Notes: a model not told the origin generated them from the letters alone. A stretch of 64,000 bases of DNA from Dehalococcoidia bacterium (GCA_963666115.2 CAXXET010000008.1:32001-96000), one strand, 5' to 3'; shown: positions 1 through 9,634, counted from the first letter of the stretch. Made by a program: numbers and translations.

Positions 1-440
1 CCGGCTACGCCCTGGCAGACCAGGGAAATTACCACCTGGCCGAGCCTGATGAGGCGCACGTGTCGTACAACTCGTCGCCGCCAACCTCCGGCCCTCACAT
101 GCCGGGTCTTGCCCCGGCCCAGATCTACAATGAGCAAGTCCCGGACGAGTTCCAGGTCCATAATCTGGAGGACGGCTTTGTCAACGTCCAATACGACTGC
201 CCGGACGGATGCCCCGATCTCGTCGCCCAGCTAACCGACGTCGTGAATGAGTACATTGGCGAACCGGAGGGGCGCATCCTCATGGGGCCCTACGCCGGAA
301 TCACCGATCCCGTCACCGGTCAGAGCCGCCGCATCGCCCTCACGGCGTGGACGCGGCTGGACGCCTTTGACGAGTTTGACGTAGAGCGCATCCGCGCGTT
401 CATCGACGCCTACATGGGCATCGATCACCACGTGCCCTGA
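1..440 (+). CDS. DUF3105-like protein, 5'-truncated by window edge
   Basis: Frame open from window start; YNSSPPTSGPH, VHNLEDG.V.VQY.C and IALTAW motifs. Confidence 0.75.
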   Translation, partial: GYALADQGNYHLAEPDEAHVSYNSSPPTSGPHMPGLAPAQIYNEQVPDEFQVHNLEDGFVNVQYDCPDGCPDLVAQLTDVVNEYIGEPEGRILMGPYAGITDPVTGQSRRIALTAWTRLDAFDEFDVERIRAFIDAYMGIDHHVP

Positions 441-458
441 CGACCGGACTATTCGGCG

Positions 459-1370
459 CTAGACGAGCCGGTAGCCGCGGAAGCGGCTGTTCACCTCTCG
501 CAGCGCCCCGCCCAGCTCCGCGACAACCAGGATCACCAACGCCGTGACGTATATCCACGTGAGCAGGATGACGACGGATGCCAGCGAGCCGTACACAGCG
601 TCAAAGCTCCCGAAGTTCGTCAGGTAGAACAGGAAGAGGTTTTTCACGGTTTCCAGCGAGAGTCCGGCAATGGCCGCCGCCGGGACGCAGTACCGCCACG
701 GCGTGCGGTCGCTCGGCAGCCAGCGGTAGAGCATCAGCATCGCAAGGAACACGCTGACCAGGGACAAGGCGCCCAGGATAACCCGTTCGCCTGAGTCAAC
801 AAGGTGCGCGAACTCCCCCAGCCAGCCGCTCGCCGTTATTCCCTCCGCCGCGTGGACGAACGTCGAGCCCGCCAGGGACAACAGCATCAGCCCGCTGACG
901 CCCACGACCATCGTGAGAGACTTCATCCGCACAAGGTGGAAGGCAAACGGGTTCGCCACGCCCCACGCGCGGTCCATGAACCGCGTCATTGCGCCGAAGA
1001 CGTTGCTGCCGGACCAAGCGAGCGCCAACAGCGAAACGAGGCCGACTGCGCCGCGAGACTGCACGATGGCGTCCACGTTGTCGTCGATGAGTTCCTGTTC
1101 CATCGGCAAATACTGCGAAATGATCGCGTGAACCTCCTTCACCACCGTGTCCGTGTCGAAGACGAAGCTCAGCACGGTGATAGAGAAGAGGAGCAGCGGC
1201 AGGATGGCCAGCACCCCGTAGTAGCCGACGGCTGCCGCCATATCCCCCACGCCGTGCGAGGCGGCATTGCGAATCATGACGACGACGACCGCCGTCGGCT
1301 TGAAGCTTTCGAGGACGACGATGACGCCGTGGCCGATGCGCCCCGCCAGTCTGGTGAGTGACCTAAACAC
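459..1370 (-). CDS. YihY/BrkB family membrane protein
   Basis: Several TM helices; AAAVGYYGVLAILPLL and YGSLASVVILLTWIY motifs. Confidence 0.85.
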   Translation of the reverse strand: MFRSLTRLAGRIGHGVIVVLESFKPTAVVVVMIRNAASHGVGDMAAAVGYYGVLAILPLLLFSITVLSFVFDTDTVVKEVHAIISQYLPMEQELIDDNVDAIVQSRGAVGLVSLLALAWSGSNVFGAMTRFMDRAWGVANPFAFHLVRMKSLTMVVGVSGLMLLSLAGSTFVHAAEGITASGWLGEFAHLVDSGERVILGALSLVSVFLAMLMLYRWLPSDRTPWRYCVPAAAIAGLSLETVKNLFLFYLTNFGSFDAVYGSLASVVILLTWIYVTALVILVVAELGGALREVNSRFRGYRLV

Positions 1371-1467
1371 CCCTCCAGCTTATCGGCATTCCGCCGTTCG
1401 CGCCGCCCGGCGCGCCAGCCATGTATCATTGACTGCGAGCAGATGCACAGGAAAAGGGGTGTGGCGC

Positions 1468-2328
1468 ATGTTTGAGACGATTGGCAGGAGTTGGCGGCTC
1501 TTCAAGCTCTGCCTCCATGTCCTGAGCGTTGACAAGGAACTGATCTTCTTCCCGATCTTCTCCACGATCGGCCTGGTCTTCGTCACGCTGACGTTCATCG
1601 GCGTCACGTTTGGCATCGGCTCGTTCGAGAGGATGGAAGCGGGCACGACCAACGCCCTCGATCTCCTGATGATCTTCCTGCTGTACGTCTTCGCCTACTT
1701 CGTCGTCATTTTCTTCAACGCCGCCCTCGTCTTCGCCGCGCATGAGCGGCTGGAGGGCGGAGACCCCAACATTCGCTCCGGCCTCGCCGGCGCATCAAGC
1801 CGTGTCGTCACCATCTTCCTGTGGTCCATCATCGCTGCAACCGTGGGCCTGATCCTCCAGATCCTGTCCAGCCAGGCGCGCGAGCAGGGCGGCATCATGG
1901 GCATCATCGGGCAAATCGTCATTGCGCTCATCGGCGCGGCGTGGTCGCTGATCACGTTCTTCGTCGTCCCGCTCATCGTCATCGAGCACCGCGGATTGGC
2001 GGATTCGTTCAAGACGTCGTTCGCCCTGCTCAAGAGGACGTGGGGCGAGCAGGTCGTCGGAAACTTCGGGCTGGGCCTCCTGCAGCTGGGCGCAACCCTG
2101 CTGGCGCTCCTCGTCGCGTTCATCCTCTTCCTGGCCCTGTCACCGCTCGGCACGGCCGGCATCATCACGGCCGTCGTGATTGGCGCCGTTCTCGTCGCGG
2201 GCGTCTCACTCGTCTTTGCCACGCTGAACGGCATCTACAAGGCCGCCCTGTACAACTACGCTGCGGACGGCCAGGTGCCGTCGCTGTTCACGGACGACAC
2301 CATCCGGGGCGCGTTCCGCCAGCGCTAG
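1468..2328 (+). CDS. Conserved membrane protein (DUF6159-like)
   Basis: ATG 1468 after AAAGGGG; DKELIFFP and KRTWGE motifs; many TM segments. Confidence 0.7.
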   Translation: MFETIGRSWRLFKLCLHVLSVDKELIFFPIFSTIGLVFVTLTFIGVTFGIGSFERMEAGTTNALDLLMIFLLYVFAYFVVIFFNAALVFAAHERLEGGDPNIRSGLAGASSRVVTIFLWSIIAATVGLILQILSSQAREQGGIMGIIGQIVIALIGAAWSLITFFVVPLIVIEHRGLADSFKTSFALLKRTWGEQVVGNFGLGLLQLGATLLALLVAFILFLALSPLGTAGIITAVVIGAVLVAGVSLVFATLNGIYKAALYNYAADGQVPSLFTDDTIRGAFRQR

Positions 2329-2354
2329 GACACACGTCGAAAGGGAGTGGGGAG

Positions 2355-3551
2355 ATGGACTTTCGATTCAGCGCAGAGGAAGAGGCTCTTCGCGCCGAGG
2401 CGGCGGAGTTCGTCCGGCAGGAGTGGCGGCACAACAACAAGGACGCCTACAGCATGATCGTCGCCTCGTACGACGTGGATGACGTCGACGAGGAAGAGCG
2501 GATGCACGCCTACGCAAAGAAGCTGGCCGCGAAGGGCTGGTTCACGATGCACTGGCCGAAGGAGTTCGGCGGGTGGGGCGCGCCGCTCAGCACGCAGATG
2601 GCATACCGCGAGGCGATGGCCTATGCGGGCTCGCCGGAGATACTGGGCGGCGGAATGTTCGCGCCCATGCTGATGATGCACGGCGCGGACTGGCAGCGCG
2701 AGTTCTTCCTGCCCCGCATCGCAAGCGGAGAGATTCACCACCTCTCACAGGGCTTCTCCGAACCCAACGCCGGTTCCGACCTCGCCAACGTGCAGACCCG
2801 CGCGATCGAGGACGGCGACGATTTCGTCTTGAACGGACAAAAAATCTGGAACTCGGAGGGGCGCTGGGCGGATTGGGGGCATTACCTTGTCCGAACGGAT
2901 ACGGACGCGCCCAAGCACCGTGGCATCTCCTACTTCATCATCGACATGAACGACCCCGGCGTGACGCTCCGGCCGCTCTACGACGGGCTGGGACGGTGGC
3001 GCTGGAGCGAGGTGTTCCTGGAGGACGTGCGCGTTCCCAAGCGCAACCTGATCGGCGAACTGAACCGCGGCTTCTACACAGCGATGACGACGCTGAGCTT
3101 CGAGCGCTCACAGGTGGAGATTCCGGCGCGCCTGCAGCGTTACATGGAGCAGTTTATCGAGGCCTACGAGGAACGCGGGGAGGCGGGGCTTGACACCGTG
3201 CTGGACGACCCCGTCGCCCGGCACAAGCTGGCGGATTTGCGCGTGCAGATAGAGACGACGCGGATGCTCTGTTACCGCGTCGCGTGGCTCCAGACGCAGG
3301 GGCAGGTGCCGGACAGGGAAGCCTCCATGGTGAAGGTGACCGGCGACGAGGTTGGCTGGAACGTGTACAACGTGCTGGCGCAGCTGGCGGGCGACGACGC
3401 GCTGATTGCGCCGCGCGGCAGCCGGTTCGCGCCGATGAACGGCTTTCTGGGCGCGAACGCGTGGCTCACGCGCGGCCTCGCCATCGGCGGCGGCACCGAC
3501 GAAGTCCAGCGCAACATCATAGCCCAACGCGGCCTGGGGTTGCCGAGATAG
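2355..3551 (+). CDS. Acyl-CoA dehydrogenase family protein
   Basis: MDFRFSAEE start; QGFSEPNAGSDLA, LNGQKIWNS, IGGGTDEVQRNII. Confidence 0.92.
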   Translation: MDFRFSAEEEALRAEAAEFVRQEWRHNNKDAYSMIVASYDVDDVDEEERMHAYAKKLAAKGWFTMHWPKEFGGWGAPLSTQMAYREAMAYAGSPEILGGGMFAPMLMMHGADWQREFFLPRIASGEIHHLSQGFSEPNAGSDLANVQTRAIEDGDDFVLNGQKIWNSEGRWADWGHYLVRTDTDAPKHRGISYFIIDMNDPGVTLRPLYDGLGRWRWSEVFLEDVRVPKRNLIGELNRGFYTAMTTLSFERSQVEIPARLQRYMEQFIEAYEERGEAGLDTVLDDPVARHKLADLRVQIETTRMLCYRVAWLQTQGQVPDREASMVKVTGDEVGWNVYNVLAQLAGDDALIAPRGSRFAPMNGFLGANAWLTRGLAIGGGTDEVQRNIIAQRGLGLPR

Positions 3552-3567
3552 GCACCCAACCAACGCG

Positions 3568-3646
3568 CCTATAATCAACCATGCTTGGCACCTCGTTTGA
3601 GAACCTCATCACCCCTGATGAAGCGGCCTCAAAGGCAGCAACATAG
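3568..3646 (+). repeat. Copy 1 of a promoter/leader segment (CCTATAATCAACCATGC + PDEAA-encoding stub)
   Basis: 17-bp exact match to 35298-35314; ATG 3581 reads MLGTSFENLITPDEAASKAAT*, versus MPNSQTEPPAPDEAAAEIAAN at 35311. Confidence 0.7.
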
Positions 3647-3655
3647 AAAAGCACC

Positions 3656-5389
3656 ATGAATCGTAGCGCAAAGGTCCTCGGCATATTCGGCATGATTGCG
3701 CTAGTGATCCTGGGCTTCGCACTGGCATTCAATCAATTTTCGCCTCGCCAAGAACCTGTAGTCGCGCCTTCTCCTACAATCACTGCAGAGCCTAAGGTTA
3801 CGCTGACTCCTACACCTGCCGCGACATCCCAAGTCCTTACATCGACTCCCGTGCCGGTTGTGACAACACCGCCCTTCACACCGTCCCCCGCACCGACTGC
3901 TACATCATCATTTGTCCTCACGGCAACACCTGCTCCAACTCCTTCGTCTGAACCAGAATTAGATTTGGTGGCAGCGCGAATTGCAGCGAGGAACTTGAAA
4001 GACCAAATGCAAGCTGTGTATTACATCTGCACGCAATCTTCCTGTGGCACGGCATCCTACGTGAAATTCGCAGAGCCTGGTGGTTCCGTCTCTTACTACA
4101 TCCTCACTGCTGCCCATATATTGTGTGACGACGATGGTGATGCCTGCTCGCATACCGCTGCGGTGCGGAGGGTCTCTATCGGCGAGCCGACCGGTTGGTA
4201 CGAGACACGAGTGGTTCATATCGACTGGGCTAAGGACGTGGCTTTGCTAAATCCCGTTACCGAATTGCGCCAAGTCTATGCTTCACATGGCGTCAGCCTA
4301 GAAAGAGAGTGGTTTGACACTGCTTTGCCGGTGGGAGAGCTCCCATCACGCGGAGCAAGCATGGTCGCCATCGCGTCAAATGGGCTGAAAATCGAAATGA
4401 CAAATGACAGGGAAAGCTATTCTGGCTCTTGTTCAAGACCGGACTACTGTGCACCAGTCTTGGGGCAGGCGTTGAATGGCACATCGGGTAGTCCCGTAAT
4501 TGACGCCCATGGCAGAGTCGTTGGCATTATCACCGGTGGGTGGGAGAGTGACCGTCAGCATATCGTTATTGCTACCGGAGATGGGATCTTGAGGGCTATA
4601 AGGGATGCTCCGACATCCACGACAACTACGCCGCCACCAACACTCTCGGTCCCATGGACACCAGCGCCCGTCCCCACAGCAACACCTATCCTAACGCCAA
4701 CATCTGATCCTGACTCGGACTCCATCATTCGTGAAACGACCTCAGTACCGTTGTTGTTGGGATACAAGATGCATGCTGTGTACCAGATTTGCACCCTGAA
4801 AGCTTGTGGCACAGCGTCCTACGTTAGATTCACAGAGCTTGACGGTTCCGTCTCTTACTTCATCCTCACCGCCGCTCATGTACTTTGCATCGATAATGGC
4901 ACTAGATGCTCACACAACGCTGGGGTGCGAAGGACGGTTGTAGGCGCGACCGGTTGGTATGAGACACAATTGCTTTATGTTGATTGGTCTAAAGATATTG
5001 CGTTGCTAAGTCCAGTCGACGAATTCACATTGCAGTACCGTTATGATTACAGCATAATCACATTCGAATACAAATGGTTTGACGCCGCTTTATCACTAGC
5101 ATTTCTTCCGCCACGTGGGGCGGCATTGACCGCTATCGCATCGAATGCGTTCACTATCGAAATGGTCAATAATAAGGCATCCTATTGGGGCTCTTGTTCA
5201 AGTCTGGACTATTGTGAGCCGGTATTGGGTGAGGCAGTAGATGGCATGGCAGGTAGCCCTGTGGTTGATAGATTTGGCAAAATCGTCGGTATCGTCACCA
5301 GAGGATGGAAGAGCGATCGTCAACATGTTGCGATTGTCACCGGCGACGGAATTTGGCGGGCTATAAGGGACTTTCAAGATAGCCAGTAA
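3656..5389 (+). CDS. Membrane-anchored/secreted protein with two trypsin-like serine protease domains and Pro/Thr linkers
   Basis: N-terminal TM; ILTAAH, D(V/I)ALL, G(TS/MA)GSPV each occur twice; lower GC than flanks. Confidence 0.8.
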   Translation: MNRSAKVLGIFGMIALVILGFALAFNQFSPRQEPVVAPSPTITAEPKVTLTPTPAATSQVLTSTPVPVVTTPPFTPSPAPTATSSFVLTATPAPTPSSEPELDLVAARIAARNLKDQMQAVYYICTQSSCGTASYVKFAEPGGSVSYYILTAAHILCDDDGDACSHTAAVRRVSIGEPTGWYETRVVHIDWAKDVALLNPVTELRQVYASHGVSLEREWFDTALPVGELPSRGASMVAIASNGLKIEMTNDRESYSGSCSRPDYCAPVLGQALNGTSGSPVIDAHGRVVGIITGGWESDRQHIVIATGDGILRAIRDAPTSTTTTPPPTLSVPWTPAPVPTATPILTPTSDPDSDSIIRETTSVPLLLGYKMHAVYQICTLKACGTASYVRFTELDGSVSYFILTAAHVLCIDNGTRCSHNAGVRRTVVGATGWYETQLLYVDWSKDIALLSPVDEFTLQYRYDYSIITFEYKWFDAALSLAFLPPRGAALTAIASNAFTIEMVNNKASYWGSCSSLDYCEPVLGEAVDGMAGSPVVDRFGKIVGIVTRGWKSDRQHVAIVTGDGIWRAIRDFQDSQ

Positions 5390-5400
5390 GGCACCCTCAA

Positions 5401-5553
5401 TTACATCATGCGGACGTAGTCGGGACCCATGCCGGGCGGAGGGCCCAGTTCCGTAATGGGTGGATGCTCATCTGCGAGTCCATCTTTGGCTGCGATGATG
5501 ATGAGCGGGGATTTCGGTGGGGTTCGATGGAATTGGCCTGCGCCTCTTGACAT
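5401..5553 (-). CDS. Putative 50-aa ORF ending PPGMGPDYVRMM
   Basis: Manual translation (below ORF-track size); tail resembles end of ORF 6102-6665. Confidence 0.3.
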   Translation of the reverse strand: MSRGAGQFHRTPPKSPLIIIAAKDGLADEHPPITELGPPPGMGPDYVRMM

Positions 5554-5622
5554 CCGTTGCTCATGTCCCTATAAGAGAGGGCTATAGAAATTCCCCGTCT
5601 TAGGAAAGGAGGAGCAGACACT

Positions 5623-5814
5623 ATGTCTCAAGCAGACCACCTCCAAGAGCATATGGAGAGTGTACGAGAGGCACTACTCGGGCTAAGGATAGCAATCACC
5701 GACCTAAAAACTCGGCGTTTAAATGGGAGCGATGAGTCATCGCTTGACCGCTTCCTAAATGACGCGCTCAAGGTCTTAGGCAAGGCCATTGACAAAGAGG
5801 GCAACTGGAGATGA
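5623..5814 (+). CDS. Small helical hypothetical protein
   Basis: Strong RBS AAAGGAGGAG; 63 aa. Confidence 0.6.
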   Translation: MSQADHLQEHMESVREALLGLRIAITDLKTRRLNGSDESSLDRFLNDALKVLGKAIDKEGNWR

Positions 5815-5876
5815 GAGGCGGTGTGTAGGAACGTGTTATGCCCCGCCCCTTTGAGCTTCGATAGTATGGTTGCTCC

Positions 5877-5908
5877 TCCCCCGCTCAGGGTGAGCGGGGG
5901 ACTTCTTT
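5877..5908 (+). terminator. Hairpin, probable intrinsic terminator
   Basis: TCCCCCGCTCA-GGG-TGAGCGGGGGA then CTTCTTT, between convergent ORFs. Confidence 0.6.
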
Positions 5909-5916
5909 GAGTGGCG

Positions 5917-6105
5917 TTAAGTCAAGCGGCGCTTACGTCGTCCAGTAGCCGCTGCCCCGCAGCTGCCGCACGCCCGCAATAGTGAGCACGATGGGCAGAA
6001 GCGTATCAACGACCGCCCAGATGCCCCAGGCGCTGTGCCAGACCGGAACCTTATTCGCGAAGCGGCCACAATCCCATTACAGCCAGTAGGACATCCTCGA
6101 CTCAC
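5917..6105 (-). CDS. Small Cys-rich, possible Zn-ribbon protein
   Basis: CPTGC, CPSC, CGSC; start overlaps stop of the upstream ORF. Confidence 0.35.
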   Translation of the reverse strand: MSRGCPTGCNGIVAASRIRFRSGTAPGASGRSLIRFCPSCSLLRACGSCGAAATGRRKRRLT

Positions 6106-6665
6106 ATCATGCGGGCGTCGTCGGGATCCATGCCGGGCGGCTCTTCCATCAGGACTGCTACATGTCCTGCAAACTCAAATGGAATGAACCGATGACTACG
6201 AATACCAGCAGACTCCTTCCTGAGCAATTTCTCGCAAGTCGTGCAGAATCTAGTCGATGAATCGCCATGAGTCTTAATCGGGTCACCCATAGACTTTGGA
6301 ACCAGTGGGCGGACATGGTTAATCTGCGTCAGTGTATTCTTGCAGATGGCCTTGGCAGGCACATCCGGGGGCCGTAGGAGATCATGCTTGCGTATAACGT
6401 GAACTCTTGCTTTATGCCCAGCTTTGTTCGTTACCAGAAACAGGTCGCGCCAACTATCTGTCCGGTTGGATACAACCAGCTTAGTGCGGCTGCCCCTTTG
6501 ATCCGAGATCAAATCCCCCAAGCAATGATCACAGACCATACGCTCGTGCATGTTCGCGGGAAATCCCGCACCGCACCGTAAGCACACCTTGAGAAGAGGG
6601 TACACCACTCTACCTCGTTTTCTCCCTAAGACTCTTAGCTCCGCAACGTTGCATGTCTTCATCAA
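6102..6665 (-). CDS. Hypothetical protein with CxxC motifs
   Basis: CLRC, CDHC, CTTC; low GC. Confidence 0.5.
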   Translation of the reverse strand: MMKTCNVAELRVLGRKRGRVVYPLLKVCLRCGAGFPANMHERMVCDHCLGDLISDQRGSRTKLVVSNRTDSWRDLFLVTNKAGHKARVHVIRKHDLLRPPDVPAKAICKNTLTQINHVRPLVPKSMGDPIKTHGDSSTRFCTTCEKLLRKESAGIRSHRFIPFEFAGHVAVLMEEPPGMDPDDARMM

Positions 6666-6740
6666 GGATAGGAGAACAAGGGTGCGTGGTCAAGCTTCAC
6701 ACATCGTTACGTGCGTTTGTGGGCATCTCCTGCGAAACTA

Positions 6741-6793
6741 GGAGTCGCTTTGACTGGTCATTCCGTTAGCCGTATCATTGGCTAAGTGACTCC
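6741..6793 (+). promoter_or_regulatory. Sigma70-like promoter with palindromic operators for the TA operon
   Basis: TTGACT(6750-55)-17 bp-TATCAT(6773-78); TGAC-TG-GTCA and TTAGCC-N8-GGCTAA inverted repeats. Confidence 0.65.
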
Positions 6794-6808
6794 AGAGAGG
6801 GCATACAC

Positions 6809-7054
6809 ATGGTTACCGTCAACGTCCACGAGGCCAAAACCAACCTGTCTCGCCTGCTTGCTCAGGTGGAGGCGGGCGAAGAGGTAGTCATCGCCCGCAA
6901 CGGCACGCCGGTGGCGCGGCTGGAGCGGGTCAAGCCGCGCGTGAAGCGGCAACCGGGCCGTTGGAAGGGCAAGATAAGTATCGACGACAGTTTCTTTGAT
7001 CCGCTTCCGGACGAGGAGCTGGCGCGCTGGGAAGGCAGGGAAATCCCTGATTGA
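6809..7054 (+). CDS. Phd/YefM family antitoxin
   Basis: VNVHEAKTNLSRLL...GEEVVIARNGTPVARL. Confidence 0.92.
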   Translation: MVTVNVHEAKTNLSRLLAQVEAGEEVVIARNGTPVARLERVKPRVKRQPGRWKGKISIDDSFFDPLPDEELARWEGREIPD

Positions 7055-7440
7055 GACTACTACTCGACACTCACGCCCTGATCTGGTGGCTCGTCGACAA
7101 TAGCCGTCGATTGCCAGAAGCTGTCCGTATCGCCCTCGAGGACGAAACAAACGAAATCCTCGTCAGCGCGATAACGGCATTTGAGATAACGACTAAGTAC
7201 AGGCTGGGAAGATTGGATGCGGTGACTGACTTCGTCGATGATGTCGGAGGGGCTGTCGCTGCCGAAGGATTTGATGAGCTTCCGGTTTCCCTGGCAGATG
7301 CCGCCCGTGCAGGCGCGCTGCCCGGACCAAATCAGGACCCGTTTGACAGGATGCTCATGGCGCAGGCCCTCAACCGCGACCTCACGCTCGTCTCAAACGA
7401 GATTCTCTTCGATCAATACGGCGTCCGCCGCCTCTGGTGA
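7051..7440 (+). CDS. vapC: VapC (PIN-domain) toxin
   Basis: LLLDTHALIW, SAITAFEI, DPFDRMLMAQA; 4-bp overlap with antitoxin. Confidence 0.92.
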   Translation: MRLLLDTHALIWWLVDNSRRLPEAVRIALEDETNEILVSAITAFEITTKYRLGRLDAVTDFVDDVGGAVAAEGFDELPVSLADAARAGALPGPNQDPFDRMLMAQALNRDLTLVSNEILFDQYGVRRLW

Positions 7441-7473
7441 AGTATCGCGTCGGTCAAGCGTGCCGTGCCGCCG

Positions 7474-7917
7474 TTACGTCATCCAGTAGTTGCTCCGCAT
7501 CTGCCGCACGCCCGCTATGCCGAGCGTGATGGGCAGGAGCGTATCGACGACGGCCCAGATGACCCAGGCGCTGTGGTTGCCGTCAAGAGAGTCGCTGCCA
7601 TGCGCGAGCAGGCTGAACCAGTTGTGCAGGAACAGGATCGTGACGGCGACGATCCCGTAGAACGTCCCGTTGACGGCAATGTACCGTGAGGAATCACTGT
7701 TGCCCATGGCGCGCTGCCGCCTCTCCTCCTGCTTGTCCGCAAAGCTCACTGCCAGGCCGATGACCAGCGCAATGAGCATGAGGACGTCCAGCACGTACCA
7801 GACGGCCTGGACGTCAAACGTGTCGTTCGCGACGAAGAATGAATTGATGATGAAATACACAACGACGGCGAGGCTCACCGCAATCAGGTAGATGCCTCCG
7901 ATTTGCTTCACGCCCAT
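7474..7917 (-). CDS. Four-TM hypothetical membrane protein
   Basis: RBS AGGAGG; four hydrophobic segments. Confidence 0.7.
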   Translation of the reverse strand: MGVKQIGGIYLIAVSLAVVVYFIINSFFVANDTFDVQAVWYVLDVLMLIALVIGLAVSFADKQEERRQRAMGNSDSSRYIAVNGTFYGIVAVTILFLHNWFSLLAHGSDSLDGNHSAWVIWAVVDTLLPITLGIAGVRQMRSNYWMT

Positions 7918-7966
7918 GACAACCTCCTGTCACCGGTTTCCGTCCCCGTATCGGCCCCCAGGCCGG

Positions 7967-8479
7967 CTAGCGCGCCGCCTCCTGATCGCTTCCGTGCAGG
8001 TTTACCGAGACCCAGCCGCTCGCCGTTGCTCGACCGGACGCATACGGCCGTCCGTCGCTCACCCTTGTTAGCTCCGAGGCGGGGAACGGAGCGTCCAGCC
8101 GCTCAAGCCCCGCAACCGTCAGGAGGTTGACGCTGGGCCGGCCGATAGCGCCGTGCCCGCTGCCGTAGAGGGTGCTTGCGGCGGGCTGGCGCTGCTGTAT
8201 CTCTTCGTACACCCGATCCCTCTGCTCGTCCGGCATGGACATTGGGTCCGCCCACGCCACGATCTGGCCGGTGTATGCGACGGTGTCCTGCCGCTCGGTC
8301 GTCGATACGTACAGCCGCATCGGATTCTGCGATGTCGGCGGCGATTGGCTGAGCGCGAGGATACGAGTGGACGAGTACGGCTGTAGATAGTGCGCTTCGC
8401 CCGGATGATTCTGCTGAGCCTCGATGATTTCGTCGAGGACGCTCTGAAATATGCCGACAATGAAAAGTGCCTCAGTCAC
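7967..8479 (-). CDS. Hypothetical soluble protein
   Basis: GTG 8479 after GGAGG; no family recognised with confidence. Confidence 0.65.
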   Translation of the reverse strand: MTEALFIVGIFQSVLDEIIEAQQNHPGEAHYLQPYSSTRILALSQSPPTSQNPMRLYVSTTERQDTVAYTGQIVAWADPMSMPDEQRDRVYEEIQQRQPAASTLYGSGHGAIGRPSVNLLTVAGLERLDAPFPASELTRVSDGRPYASGRATASGWVSVNLHGSDQEAAR

Positions 8480-8572
8480 TGGCGAACCTCCTAGTCCTCT
8501 GCCCAACCCCCAAATGATAATGCAGATACCCTGGCATCCGCGACAGTTATCCCGCCCCAGGCCAAACTGAGA

Positions 8573-9634
8573 TTAACCTGCCACGTCCACCGTTGCGCCC
8601 GTTGCATGGGATTCCTGGATCGCGTCCAGCACGCGCTGGCATTGGAGACCGTCGTGGAAGTTCGGCGCGGGCGATTGGCCCGACTCGATGCCGCGCACGA
8701 AGTCCTGGACCTCCAACCGGAACGGCAGCAGTCGATGATCGCGATCATCATCGAATGGGTGCAACTCCTCCGGTATCGGGATGGTCCGGAGCTCGCGGGA
8801 ATCGTCATCAAGCCGCCCGACGCGAACGATGCCCTCCGGCGCGGGATTGGGGCCGGACTGGCTGAGGTGAATGGAGCCCTCCGTGCCGTAGATCTGGATG
8901 GACGCGCCCTGCCCGAGCGGGGCGTTGAGGCTGCACGTCAGATTCCCCCACGCGCCGTTGGCGAAGTCCATGTGAACGCTGAACGCGTTGTTCGTATCGG
9001 CCAGGCTGAACCCCTCCGGCACGTTGCCGTGGAGCGCGCCGCTGACGCGCGATACGTCGCCGAACCAGTGGCGCATCCCGTCGATGAAATGGGAGCCAAG
9101 CGCGCCGAGCATCCCGCCGCTGCCGGCGGACGGCGCAGGCGGCGCCGCGCCGGGCCGACGGGCGAACCGCAAATGCAGCGTGGCGGAGATGTGCCGCGGC
9201 TCGCCGATCTGGCCCTCATCGATAAGCTGCCGCGTATAAGCCCGCTGCGGCGCGAAACGAAACTCGTGTGCAATCATGTGCGTCACACCCCGCTCAGTGG
9301 CCATGGCAAGAAGCTCCTCAGCCTCGGATGCGTTGGTGGTGAACGGCTTCTCGCACATCACGTGCTTGCCCGCCTCCAACGCGGCGCGGGTCATCTCATA
9401 GTGCAGGTTGGGCGCCGTCACGACGCTAACGGCATCGACGTCCGGATGCGCCACAAGCTCCCGGTAATCGGTAACGGCGTGCGGGATGCCAAACTTCTCA
9501 GCCGCGCCCTGCGCCCGTTCCGCCCGGCTCGCGCACACCGCGACGACCTCCACCCCCTCGGACTGAAACCCAGGAATATGAACCGTCGCCCCAAACCCAA
9601 CCCCAATCACCCCAACCCGAACCGCTGCCATCAT
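8573..9634 (-). CDS. Gfo/Idh/MocA family oxidoreductase
   Basis: VGVIGVGFG, AGKHVMCEKP, GGMLGALGSHFID. Confidence 0.92.
   Translation of the reverse strand: MMAAVRVGVIGVGFGATVHIPGFQSEGVEVVAVCASRAERAQGAAEKFGIPHAVTDYRELVAHPDVDAVSVVTAPNLHYEMTRAALEAGKHVMCEKPFTTNASEAEELLAMATERGVTHMIAHEFRFAPQRAYTRQLIDEGQIGEPRHISATLHLRFARRPGAAPPAPSAGSGGMLGALGSHFIDGMRHWFGDVSRVSGALHGNVPEGFSLADTNNAFSVHMDFANGAWGNLTCSLNAPLGQGASIQIYGTEGSIHLSQSGPNPAPEGIVRVGRLDDDSRELRTIPIPEELHPFDDDRDHRLLPFRLEVQDFVRGIESGQSPAPNFHDGLQCQRVLDAIQESHATGATVDVAG

Noticed and set aside
1821-2354. N-terminal extension of the acyl-CoA dehydrogenase ORF
   Set aside because: Overlaps the upstream gene in another frame; the RBS-supported start is 2355.
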